This document shows, in pieces, positions 1 through 8,101 of a stretch of DNA of 60,758 nt. Position 1 is the first letter of the stretch. Each line of letters starts with the position of its first letter. The DNA is from a virus (lineage: Duplodnaviria; Caudoviricetes). The position numbers were made by a program, and so were the translations under genes. The stretch lies in the IMG/VR virus record IMGVR_UViG_3300037520_000795, positions 1-60,758 of that record; one strand, given 5' to 3'. The notes beneath the pieces are model-generated. The model made no database searches, was not told where the DNA came from, and saw only the letters and a program-made list of their open reading frames with translations.

Positions 1-135
1 GACAGCCGACCGCTCCTATTTCTTCGGGCCTGTGTCTCTCGCCGCTGTGTTTGGCGGGACGCTGCCGCCGAAGTTCGTGTTCTTCGTGACGCACAATCTG
101 CGGACGACAACGCCAACCGGCGTGGCGCTCAATAG
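1..135. repeat. Terminal direct repeat, copy 1 (circular assembly overlap)
   Basis: 1-135 matches 60624-60758 except position 127 G versus 60750 T (synonymous Ala GCG/GCT). Confidence 0.97.
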
Positions 136-190
136 CACCGCCGGAAATCACCAGATCCGTATTCAGCCAGTTTTCCAAACGGTGAACTGA
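1..190 (+). CDS. 3' part of the virion/tail-associated protein that starts at 60289 and crosses the junction
   Basis: The frame from ATG 60289 continues through the repeat to TGA 188-190 (...NHQIRIQPVFQTVN*), with a TGATG overlap into the next gene. Confidence 0.85.
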   Translation, partial: TADRSYFFGPVSLAAVFGGTLPPKFVFFVTHNLRTTTPTGVALNSTAGNHQIRIQPVFQTVN

Positions 191-999
191 TGCGCTTCGA
201 GCATCCATCGCTTCGCCAGGGCCTTGTCTTCGCGGCTTGCCCGTCGCTCGGTCTTCCGTCTGCGCTGATCGAAGAACGAACGCAAGGCAACCACGCGCCC
301 ATCGGCGGATTGGTGTCTGAGGTTCAGAATGGATTTCCGTGCGTGTCCAGCAGGCTAAACGGTTCGTCTGTCTCGCGCGCCGTGATTCCTCTTTCAGGCG
401 ACATAACTGCTTCGATGTCGTTCTTTGGGAAGCAGGACAGCCTGTTGAGTCAGTTTACTGTTCTCGGGGGGCTGGCCGCGTCAGGCGCGACAGCATCAGG
501 GTTTTCTGTGGCTCAGGTTAATGGAGTTATTCGCGCAGAGTTCACAGGGGTAAGTTTCGCCTCGACTGCGATAGTGATAACGCTTGGGCAGTGGTTTCAC
601 TTCTGCATGGTAAAGACTCCTGGCCCAATCAACACGACTACGCGGCTGTTTGTTAACGGAACTGAGATTGCTGGTACTGGCTCAACCAACACTCCCAACG
701 TAGTTGCCAGTAGGTTTTGGTTTTGCGACTACGGTGCGAATGTCGGCGCTTTTCGCAGGACGGTCGCGCTAGACGACATCCGCATCTACAACCGCGCCCT
801 CACCCCAGCCGAGATCCGCCTGCTCGCCTCCCGTCGCGGGATCGGGCTGTCGCCCCTGCCGGATCGGGCGGCGGGGATGCCAAGGAAACTGTCGATCAAT
901 GTCGGGGGAACGTGGCGGCCTGCCGATGCGTACGTCCACGACGGGACGGCGTTCCGCTTGAGCGAGGCCAAGATCAACGTCGGCGGGGTGTGGAAGTGA
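190..999 (+). CDS. LamG/concanavalin A-like lectin-fold protein, probable receptor-binding or fibre protein
   Basis: Motifs GQWFHFCMV, RLFVNG and LDDIRIYNRALTPAEI are typical of LamG-3; the C-terminal INVGGTWR/INVGGVWK repeat is typical of fibre ends. Confidence 0.8.
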   Translation: MRFEHPSLRQGLVFAACPSLGLPSALIEERTQGNHAPIGGLVSEVQNGFPCVSSRLNGSSVSRAVIPLSGDITASMSFFGKQDSLLSQFTVLGGLAASGATASGFSVAQVNGVIRAEFTGVSFASTAIVITLGQWFHFCMVKTPGPINTTTRLFVNGTEIAGTGSTNTPNVVASRFWFCDYGANVGAFRRTVALDDIRIYNRALTPAEIRLLASRRGIGLSPLPDRAAGMPRKLSINVGGTWRPADAYVHDGTAFRLSEAKINVGGVWK

Positions 1000-1067
1000 A
1001 ACGCGCACTCATCACGGGAATCACCGGGCAGGATGGCTGGTATACTCAACGACCATCTGCTATCTAG
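996..1067 (+). pseudogene. gmd: 5' remnant of GDP-mannose 4,6-dehydratase
   Basis: GTG overlaps the upstream stop; reads (M)KRALITGITGQDG, the Gmd Rossmann N-terminus, then diverges and stops after 23 codons. Confidence 0.75.
1038..1046 (+). promoter_or_regulatory. Candidate extended -10 promoter (TGgTATACT)
   Basis: TG-n-TATACT lies about 35 nt upstream of ATG 1080. Confidence 0.35.
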
Positions 1068-1079
1068 ACAGGAACTTTC

Positions 1080-2213
1080 ATGCTGACTTACTTTGACGCC
1101 GTCGAGCACCTGATTGTCGCTTCGTTTGGAGGACCTCAAGATGCCGAGCAAAGGGACATCCGGTCAGCGATCCAGCGTGCCTACAACGAGGTGTGCTGGC
1201 TGAAGGACTGGCAGTTCACGCAGACGCACGGACGCATTGTGTTTGCCCCGCACTGGTCCGGGACTGTCACGTACGACGCCACAACCCGCACCGTGACCAG
1301 GGTGTCTGGAGACGCTTTTCCGTCCGACGCCATCGCTCGCGAGCTTCGCGTCAACAACGTCATCGCAAAGGTGGTGACTCGGGTGGACAACAACACGCTC
1401 GTTCTCGACGAGACGCTGTGTTTGCCGAAGGACTACCCAGACGCCACGCAGGCCATGCTCTACCGGACTGTCTACCCGATGCCCGATGACTTCCGGAACA
1501 TCGACCCCCCAGTCAACGAGGTGCGGTACACATCGCTCATGTACGTGTCTCCGGATGCGGCCATGAAGATGGAGCGGGCCCAAATCCTCCAGGGACCACC
1601 TTCGTACTGGACGATCTCGCCCGACCCTTCCCCGAGCGGGTACGCCATTCGGATCATCGGTTACCCGGTGACCGTGGCCTCGCTCGACTTCACCTATCGC
1701 CGGGCCTGTCGAACGCTTCGCCTGTCCGGGCACGAAGCTGCATCCCGGCAGGGAACCATCTCGGCCGCGGGCACAGCGGTCACGGGGAGTGGCACGGCGT
1801 TCAACGCTTCCATGGTGGGATCGGTGCTTCGGGTTGGCGGGGCAGACTACCCGCAGTCGCTTTCCGGCATCGCCCCGTACATGGCCGAGAGCAAGATCAC
1901 CGCCGTGGCCAGTGCCACCTCGCTGACGGTTGCCGACGCGGTATCGGCCAGTGGTGCCAAGTACCTCATCACGGACCCCGTGGACGCACCGCCGGGCATG
2001 CACAACGTCATCCTGAGTGCGGCCGAGTACTGGCTGTCAAGGACGCGTGGGGCCAATCCCGACAAGGTGTTCCAGATGTACCAGCGAGACCTTCGGCTGG
2101 CCATGGAGAACGACGCCATGGCTCGGCAGCAGTGGGATTCTCGGACGGTGTGGGACCCGCTTGGCTGGCGTACTCCGCTGATGGCAGACAACTTCGACGG
2201 AGGCAACGCATGA
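1080..2213 (+). CDS. Head-tail adaptor / tail tubular protein A-like
   Basis: Helical N-terminus (IQRAYNEV..W.F) and YPMPDDF motif; lies between the fibre and nozzle-like genes. Confidence 0.55.
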   Translation: MLTYFDAVEHLIVASFGGPQDAEQRDIRSAIQRAYNEVCWLKDWQFTQTHGRIVFAPHWSGTVTYDATTRTVTRVSGDAFPSDAIARELRVNNVIAKVVTRVDNNTLVLDETLCLPKDYPDATQAMLYRTVYPMPDDFRNIDPPVNEVRYTSLMYVSPDAAMKMERAQILQGPPSYWTISPDPSPSGYAIRIIGYPVTVASLDFTYRRACRTLRLSGHEAASRQGTISAAGTAVTGSGTAFNASMVGSVLRVGGADYPQSLSGIAPYMAESKITAVASATSLTVADAVSASGAKYLITDPVDAPPGMHNVILSAAEYWLSRTRGANPDKVFQMYQRDLRLAMENDAMARQQWDSRTVWDPLGWRTPLMADNFDGGNA

Positions 2214-2464
2214 AGTGGGCTGGACTCGTCACCAACGCCTCGCCCTATGAGGTTCCGCAGGGCTGTGCTGTCACGCAAGTCAACCTCCAAGTCCTGGCTC
2301 CGGGACAATTGACAGTGCGCCCCGGCCACATGCCCGTCAGCTTTGCCTCGACCAGCGGATCGACGTCTCGGATCATCACGGCGTTCCGCTACCCCAAAGA
2401 TACTGACGGCGTGGTATACCAGGACGCTACTGGACGGGTGTTCATCTCCAGGGGCCCAAGCTAA
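2210..2464 (+). CDS. Small protein resembling the N-terminus of a tail nozzle (tubular protein B / P22 gp10-like)
   Basis: WAGLVTNASPYEVPQG...NL...GQLTVRPG; ATGA and TAATG coupling at its two ends. Confidence 0.55.
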   Translation: MKWAGLVTNASPYEVPQGCAVTQVNLQVLAPGQLTVRPGHMPVSFASTSGSTSRIITAFRYPKDTDGVVYQDATGRVFISRGPS

Positions 2465-5052
2465 TGCAACTCGCAGCCCGCACGACCGGTGGGGTAAACA
2501 GCTTCATGCTGCTCTCGGGAGGCAGCGGATACACCTCCTCTCCCACCGTGAGCGTCAACGCTGCCACCGGGAGCGGGGCGACGGTTGTCGCGGTCATGGG
2601 CGGGACGGTCGTCAAGGACCTCCAGGTCATCTCCTCTGGAAGCGGATACTCCGGGGTCACCCTGTCCTTCTCGGGCGGCGGCGGGACCGGTGCGGCAGCG
2701 ACGGCATCGGTGTACACCGGCTCCCTGCGTCCCATGTCGCTCCTCAAGGGGCGGTTCAACGACGTCTATGGCTTTGACGGGATGGGGCGTGGTATCCGCT
2801 GGGACGGCTCGGCCACGGCTGCTGTTCCTGTCGGGATCGCCAAGCCCGTTCGCGGACCATCCTTGACCTACGGCACGACGGCCAACTACTACGTGAGTGC
2901 CATCCAGGTCCAGACCCCAGGGGCCGGGTTCAACCAGACTCCGACCGTGCAACTGATCGGCGGCAGCTACTCCCGGCAAGCGAAGGCTTTGGCCAGGGTG
3001 TCGATTGGGCGGCTCCAGTCCGTAACGCTGACCGACAAGGGGGCCGGGTACGTCTCTGCTCCGCTGGTCGTCGTCAGCGGCGGTCAGGGGTACGGTGCGT
3101 CCCTTGGCATTGGCATCCTTGGCAGCGTTGACTCGGTGGAGATCACCAACCGAGGGGGTGGCTATGTCGCTGGCGACGTCATCCCTGTGGTGTTCTCGTC
3201 TGCCCAGGGACTGACCAACGCCGTGGCAACCATCACCGTCGACAGTGACGGTGGCTTGGGGTCGGTGCAGATTCTCGGCAACGGCACGGGAGCGACCACC
3301 GAGGGCGTGACCGGGGCGATCACGGCAATCACCGGAAGCGGTGGCTTGGTCAAGGTTAACATGGCGTACCGCGTTGCCAGTGTCACGGCTGCCTCGTCCG
3401 GCACGCTGTACATCACGCAGCCCGTCGTGTCTTTTCGTGCCGCCAGCCAAGACCCGCTTGGGTTCGGTGCCGCCGCAACGGCCTACGTCAACAGCACTGG
3501 CAACATCACGGGCGTGGCTGTGTACCAGGGTGGCCAGTACTCGGCTCGACCCGAAGCCCTGGTGTACGACACTTCCGCCCGAGCCACGGCGACCATCCGA
3601 TCCAACTTCCGAGGCGTCTACAACTGTGCCATCCGGTACATCGACGACACTCCCGAAGGGCAGAACGGCCCGGCACCGTCATCCATCTCCGAGCTTGTCG
3701 AGCTTGACGTTGGCGACTCGGCGTCGTCCATCACGTGGACCTTCAACCACGGGACCATTGACAGCCGCGTCACGGCGATGGAGTTGTGGAGGACATCGGC
3801 CGACCAGTCCGTGATCCTGTACCGGATCGCCACCATCCAGCGAGCGAACTTCAGCACGCCGTACGTTGACACCGTGTCCGACGAAGACTTGATCGACGTC
3901 ACGAGGATCAACTACGGGCTCATGCCGGTGACCATGCCGTCCGGCCAGTTGAACGCTCGTCGGTTCGAAGTGCCGCCCGGCAACTACAGCGTTGCGGTCA
4001 TGTTCCAGGACCGGGCGTGGTTCGCGGTCGACACCACGGGTGAGAAGCCAAACTCGCTCATGTACTCGGAGATTGACGAGCCAGAGTCGGTGGCGGCAAG
4101 CAACGAGCTTGTCCTTCAAGAGAACACATCGGAGCCCGACCGCATTGTGGCCCTGGTGCCCCTGGCGACGGTCTTGCTCATCTTCCAGCAGTACCACTGC
4201 TATCGCCTTGCATACGTGTCGCAGCCAGTCATCGACGCCTCGCTGACGCTCACGTGCTACCGGGGAATCCTCAACAGCCAGTGCTTTTCCACGATCAACG
4301 GCGTCGTGTTTGTCGCGGACAGCATGGGGATGTACGCCTTCGACGGGTCTCGGGAGGAGCCCATTTCCGTCCCGGTCGACAACTACTGGCGGGATAGGAT
4401 CGTCGACTTCAGCAAGAGCGACCTGTTCCACGTGTCGCAGGACTACTCCCGTCGCGTGGTCCGGTTCCACTACTGCCGGTCAACGGACACGCTGCCCGTG
4501 CGAGCCCTGTGCTACTGCATCGCCACACAGGCGTGGTGGGAAGAGGTCTATGCAGAGGCGGCGACGGCGTCGGTTCCGGTGTCGATGGGTGGCCGTCGAG
4601 AGGACTTGCTGGCCACGGCGTCAGGCAAGTTCATCAAGACGACCGGTGTCAACGACAACGGAGCGGCCATCCCGTTCCAGGTCCGCACTGGCAATCTGCC
4701 CTTGGCCGCAGGGAACACTCCGCGAACCGTCGAGATCACATTCGCCCCGACGACCAGCGACTGCTCGCTGACCATGAACCTGCACTACAACAACTCCTCG
4801 ACCGCCCGGCCAAACGCGATCCGAGTCGAGAGGGGAGGCGGATTTGTGGCAGACACAAACGGGGCTGTGCTCAATCTCAAGAGAACTCGATCTGCACTGG
4901 GGGAGGCGACTGGGGTTGCGGCGGCAATGTTCTCTGGACACCGCGATCCGCGATCCAGTGGCGCTGACCGTCATGTGGCCATCGCCCTGGACGGTAGCCA
5001 GTCCTCCGACGCCGTGGCCTTGTACGACATGACCGTGGCGGGAGTCCAGTAA
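2464..5052 (+). CDS. Tail nozzle / DNA-stabilisation protein with N-terminal Gly-rich repeats
   Basis: 862 aa; repeats of the (S/D/N)xGxGY..P.V type, then a beta-propeller-like region (FQDRAWF, LMYSEIDEPES, IVALVP, MYAFDG). Confidence 0.6.
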   Translation: MQLAARTTGGVNSFMLLSGGSGYTSSPTVSVNAATGSGATVVAVMGGTVVKDLQVISSGSGYSGVTLSFSGGGGTGAAATASVYTGSLRPMSLLKGRFNDVYGFDGMGRGIRWDGSATAAVPVGIAKPVRGPSLTYGTTANYYVSAIQVQTPGAGFNQTPTVQLIGGSYSRQAKALARVSIGRLQSVTLTDKGAGYVSAPLVVVSGGQGYGASLGIGILGSVDSVEITNRGGGYVAGDVIPVVFSSAQGLTNAVATITVDSDGGLGSVQILGNGTGATTEGVTGAITAITGSGGLVKVNMAYRVASVTAASSGTLYITQPVVSFRAASQDPLGFGAAATAYVNSTGNITGVAVYQGGQYSARPEALVYDTSARATATIRSNFRGVYNCAIRYIDDTPEGQNGPAPSSISELVELDVGDSASSITWTFNHGTIDSRVTAMELWRTSADQSVILYRIATIQRANFSTPYVDTVSDEDLIDVTRINYGLMPVTMPSGQLNARRFEVPPGNYSVAVMFQDRAWFAVDTTGEKPNSLMYSEIDEPESVAASNELVLQENTSEPDRIVALVPLATVLLIFQQYHCYRLAYVSQPVIDASLTLTCYRGILNSQCFSTINGVVFVADSMGMYAFDGSREEPISVPVDNYWRDRIVDFSKSDLFHVSQDYSRRVVRFHYCRSTDTLPVRALCYCIATQAWWEEVYAEAATASVPVSMGGRREDLLATASGKFIKTTGVNDNGAAIPFQVRTGNLPLAAGNTPRTVEITFAPTTSDCSLTMNLHYNNSSTARPNAIRVERGGGFVADTNGAVLNLKRTRSALGEATGVAAAMFSGHRDPRSSGADRHVAIALDGSQSSDAVALYDMTVAGVQ

Positions 5053-5877
5053 ATGCTGACACAGGCAGTTCCGTCGATCATCCAGGCTCTCGGGACTTCG
5101 CTCCCGGACCAGACGATCAAGAGCTTGACTCAGGCTCTTGGGAACTGTGTCCAGCCATTGACGCACCGCGGCTCGCTGAACATCCAGCCCACGATCTTCG
5201 GCAACCGCCGGGGGGTCTACACGGGCCAGAACTGGTCCAGCAGCAAGTACAACGAAATCCTCCCGACCGCCGGATCGGATGTGTTCGCTGACATCCCAGG
5301 CTTCCGTGCTGGCGACTGGAACTCCGTGAACTACGAAGGGTCGCAGTTCTACTTCCCGACCGACAACACCTTCAACACGAACAACTTCTACGGCGGCGAC
5401 ACCACCAACATCGGTGGTGACACAAACTTCCAGAACATCACCGTCCAGAACATCACGATCAACGGTGGCATCAACCAGCCGGGCAGGGACGGCACCGATG
5501 GCCGAGACGGCGAGCGAGGAGAGCCTGGGCCCCCAGGTGACCCAGGAACCATCGAGCCCATTGACCCTCCTGGTGGCGGTGGCCAGGGGAAGATTGGCTA
5601 CCCGTCCGAGACGGTCCGGTTCATCACGGACGCCGACATCAATGCCGTCCACCGCACGATCAAGCTGACGCTCACGAAGGGCAGTGCGGAGGTTCTGACG
5701 GGGGTGACGTTCAATACGGAGACCTGCCAGCTTCAGCTTGCGACGACGACGATCAACTACGTGTCGGACGTCAAGATCGGGATTGGGGCCAAATCCGGCA
5801 CTTCTGTGGGGATTTGGGAGACCCTGGGGCTCAAGCCCACATACGTGACCAAGACCTTCCTCAAGCCCAATCGGTGA
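5053..5877 (+). CDS. Virion protein with a short collagen-like Gly-X-Y tract
   Basis: GRDGTDGRDGERGEPGPPGDPG and Asn/Thr-rich repeats; structural gene context. Confidence 0.65.
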   Translation: MLTQAVPSIIQALGTSLPDQTIKSLTQALGNCVQPLTHRGSLNIQPTIFGNRRGVYTGQNWSSSKYNEILPTAGSDVFADIPGFRAGDWNSVNYEGSQFYFPTDNTFNTNNFYGGDTTNIGGDTNFQNITVQNITINGGINQPGRDGTDGRDGERGEPGPPGDPGTIEPIDPPGGGGQGKIGYPSETVRFITDADINAVHRTIKLTLTKGSAEVLTGVTFNTETCQLQLATTTINYVSDVKIGIGAKSGTSVGIWETLGLKPTYVTKTFLKPNR

Positions 5878-5893
5878 TTCCGGGCCTCCCCCC

Positions 5894-5912
5894 GGACACT
5901 AGAAGGTAGGAG
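5894..5912 (+). promoter_or_regulatory. Candidate late-promoter motif GGACACT-N-GTAGGAG
   Basis: The same motif occurs at 22632, 40658, 46931 and 55476, each ahead of a late operon. Confidence 0.5.
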
Positions 5913-5920
5913 AACCGCAC

Positions 5921-7069
5921 ATGGGATTTACGTCAACGATGTGGGGTGGGTTTGGCAACACCCCCCAGGAAGCTGCCACCAAGCAGGTCAAGGCTGCCCA
6001 GCCGGGCGTGTTCGGCCAGAACTACACCGGTGCGTACGGAGGCTACGGGCAGGCCCTGACGGGTTTGGCCAACGCCGGTGCCAGCGCCTACGGGGCCCAG
6101 GCTGGTGCCATGGGGAACATTGCCAACGCACAGGCCCAGGAGCGGGGTGCCCGGAACTCTGCCACTGGGATGGCCGAGGCGGCTCGCCAGGGGGCCATCG
6201 GGAATATGGGGTCCGCTGCCCTGGGGGCCTATGGCTCGGCAGCCGGGTCCGCACTCGGGGCATGGGCTTCCAACCAGACGGCCTACAACAAGGCCCTGGC
6301 AGACATGATGGCTGCCAACCAAGCGGCTGTCTCTCAGTTCGGCCAGTCCCGCAACCAAGCCCTGGCTGGCGTCGGAGATTCCTACTCCAAGGCGGGGACC
6401 GGACTCGGTGCCTCGTCGGTGGCTGGGAACCTCAACTTCAACATGAGCGGCGGTGGCAGCAGCTACGCACCGGACTACTCGGCCTACGGGCTCGACGGCC
6501 TTCTTGCCCAAGGCGGGTACGGTGGCCAGATGAACATGGACCCGATGTCGATCAGTGCTACCCGCACGACGACTCCGGGTCAGCTTGACCAGATTGTCAA
6601 CCCGACATTCGGTGGCTTGAACGCCACCCTGGCGTCATTGAACTCCGATGCCATCCCGCAACAGCTTGCCTACGGGAACGCTGATGCAATGGGACGGCTT
6701 GACGCCCAGCACTCCACCTCGCGGGGGCAGCCGAGCCAGATGCTTGGCCAAGCCCTCTCGGGGTTGCTTACTCTCGGCAGCCAGAACCTTGGCGAGTCGG
6801 GTCGTGGCATGAGCCAGTTCTACGCGTCCGACAGCCCGTCCGACTACTCGGGGTACGCCCAGTCGGTGAACGGCGGATACCAGGACTTCATGCGTGGCAA
6901 CCTTGGGATGCAGCAAGGGCTTGACCAGGGTTACGCCAACGTCGGGAATCAGCTTGGACAGTTGTGGAAGAACTCTCTCGGCAACAAGAACTGGCTCGGT
7001 GACATGCCGTGGATGGCCAACGTCACTGACTTCATGGGTGGCCGTGGTTCTTCCTACCGGTATCTGTGA
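5921..7069 (+). CDS. Gly/Ala/Gln-rich putative ejection (internal virion) protein
   Basis: Composition and position after the nozzle genes are typical of podovirus ejection proteins. Confidence 0.6.
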   Translation: MGFTSTMWGGFGNTPQEAATKQVKAAQPGVFGQNYTGAYGGYGQALTGLANAGASAYGAQAGAMGNIANAQAQERGARNSATGMAEAARQGAIGNMGSAALGAYGSAAGSALGAWASNQTAYNKALADMMAANQAAVSQFGQSRNQALAGVGDSYSKAGTGLGASSVAGNLNFNMSGGGSSYAPDYSAYGLDGLLAQGGYGGQMNMDPMSISATRTTTPGQLDQIVNPTFGGLNATLASLNSDAIPQQLAYGNADAMGRLDAQHSTSRGQPSQMLGQALSGLLTLGSQNLGESGRGMSQFYASDSPSDYSGYAQSVNGGYQDFMRGNLGMQQGLDQGYANVGNQLGQLWKNSLGNKNWLGDMPWMANVTDFMGGRGSSYRYL

Positions 7070-7077
7070 GGCAAGCA

Positions 7078-7386
7078 ATGGCGTGGTATCAGTCTCGATT
7101 GCCGAACGATCCTCCCGGCGTGCAGATGCCGAAGGTCGTGTCGCCGTACCAGTACCCAGGTGCCAACGAGGACATCGTTCGCTCGATGGGCCAGGGTGCC
7201 CAGGCTCGACAGCAGCTTGCGGCCGAGCAGTCCAACGCCAACTACAGCCTTCAGCAACAGGAGCAGGCCCGCAACCTTGTGCTTGGTGGCCTGACGCAGC
7301 AGAACCAGGGCATGCAGAACCAGCAGCAGTTGGCGACCAATCGCCTGGGAATCCTTAGCTCCCTCCTCGCGAACGTGTACCGATGA
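7078..7386 (+). CDS. Gln-rich small virion/ejection protein
   Basis: ATG 7078; amphipathic C-terminus LGILSSLL; coupled to the next gene. Confidence 0.6.
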   Translation: MAWYQSRLPNDPPGVQMPKVVSPYQYPGANEDIVRSMGQGAQARQQLAAEQSNANYSLQQQEQARNLVLGGLTQQNQGMQNQQQLATNRLGILSSLLANVYR

Positions 7387-7772
7387 ACTGGAACATCTAC
7401 CAGCCGCAGCCGCGAATCACGGCCCAAGACAAGGTGTTCGCCAACGACATGGCCAACGCCCAGGCTTCGGCTGACCCGCGGTTCACGCTCAAGCAATACG
7501 ACCGGCCGGGTCTCTCGCGTGGCGCAGGCTCACGGGCCCAGGCCGGAATCGACGCCAGCAAGAATCTCGTCGACGGGATTTCCCAGGCGTACGGCAATTA
7601 CCAGCAGGCACGCAACAACGCCGCCAACACCGCCCTTCAGTTCGCTGGCGGGCAAGAGCAGTTCGGGCAGGCCCTCAATGGTCTGGCCCAGCAGAACGCT
7701 TACCAACAAGCCATGAACCGGATGAGCAACATGCAAGCGGGGATCGGAATCCTTGGCACACTCATGCGTTGA
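7383..7772 (+). CDS. Gln/Ala-rich small virion/ejection protein
   Basis: ATGA coupling; C-terminus GIGILGTLMR resembles that of the preceding protein. Confidence 0.6.
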   Translation: MNWNIYQPQPRITAQDKVFANDMANAQASADPRFTLKQYDRPGLSRGAGSRAQAGIDASKNLVDGISQAYGNYQQARNNAANTALQFAGGQEQFGQALNGLAQQNAYQQAMNRMSNMQAGIGILGTLMR

Positions 7773-7819
7773 TTTCAACATCGACTGGGATGACGAAGAA
7801 TACTGGGAGGGCTGGACCC

Positions 7820-8101
7820 TTGGCACACCTGAATCTTGATCTGGAAGACCTGACCAACGCCGCCCTCAAGCGGTTGGTGAAGCAGTTGCTCACGGCCAAG
7901 GACGGAGACGAACAGAGCATCCTCCAGAAGCTCTCTGCCAAGGGGCAGAAGCCACCCCAGAAGAACGACCTTGCTGATCTGCATGAGCAGATGCACGGCA
8001 AGGCCAATGCTCCCGAAGTCGAGCCCGACGATGGGCCTGACCTTGAGGACGCTGCTGAGAAGAAGCCCTCGATGAATCGCAAGGAGTCGAAGCGTGGCTA
8101 A
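7820..8101 (+). CDS. Hypothetical charged protein
   Basis: TTG 7820 follows GGGAGG; in the 7769-8101 frame; start uncertain. Confidence 0.55.
   Translation: MAHLNLDLEDLTNAALKRLVKQLLTAKDGDEQSILQKLSAKGQKPPQKNDLADLHEQMHGKANAPEVEPDDGPDLEDAAEKKPSMNRKESKRG

Noticed and set aside
1-135. Terminal repeat as a biological direct terminal repeat of the virion DNA
   Set aside because: It falls in the middle of a CDS and its length is typical of an assembler overlap; real termini cannot be inferred from it.
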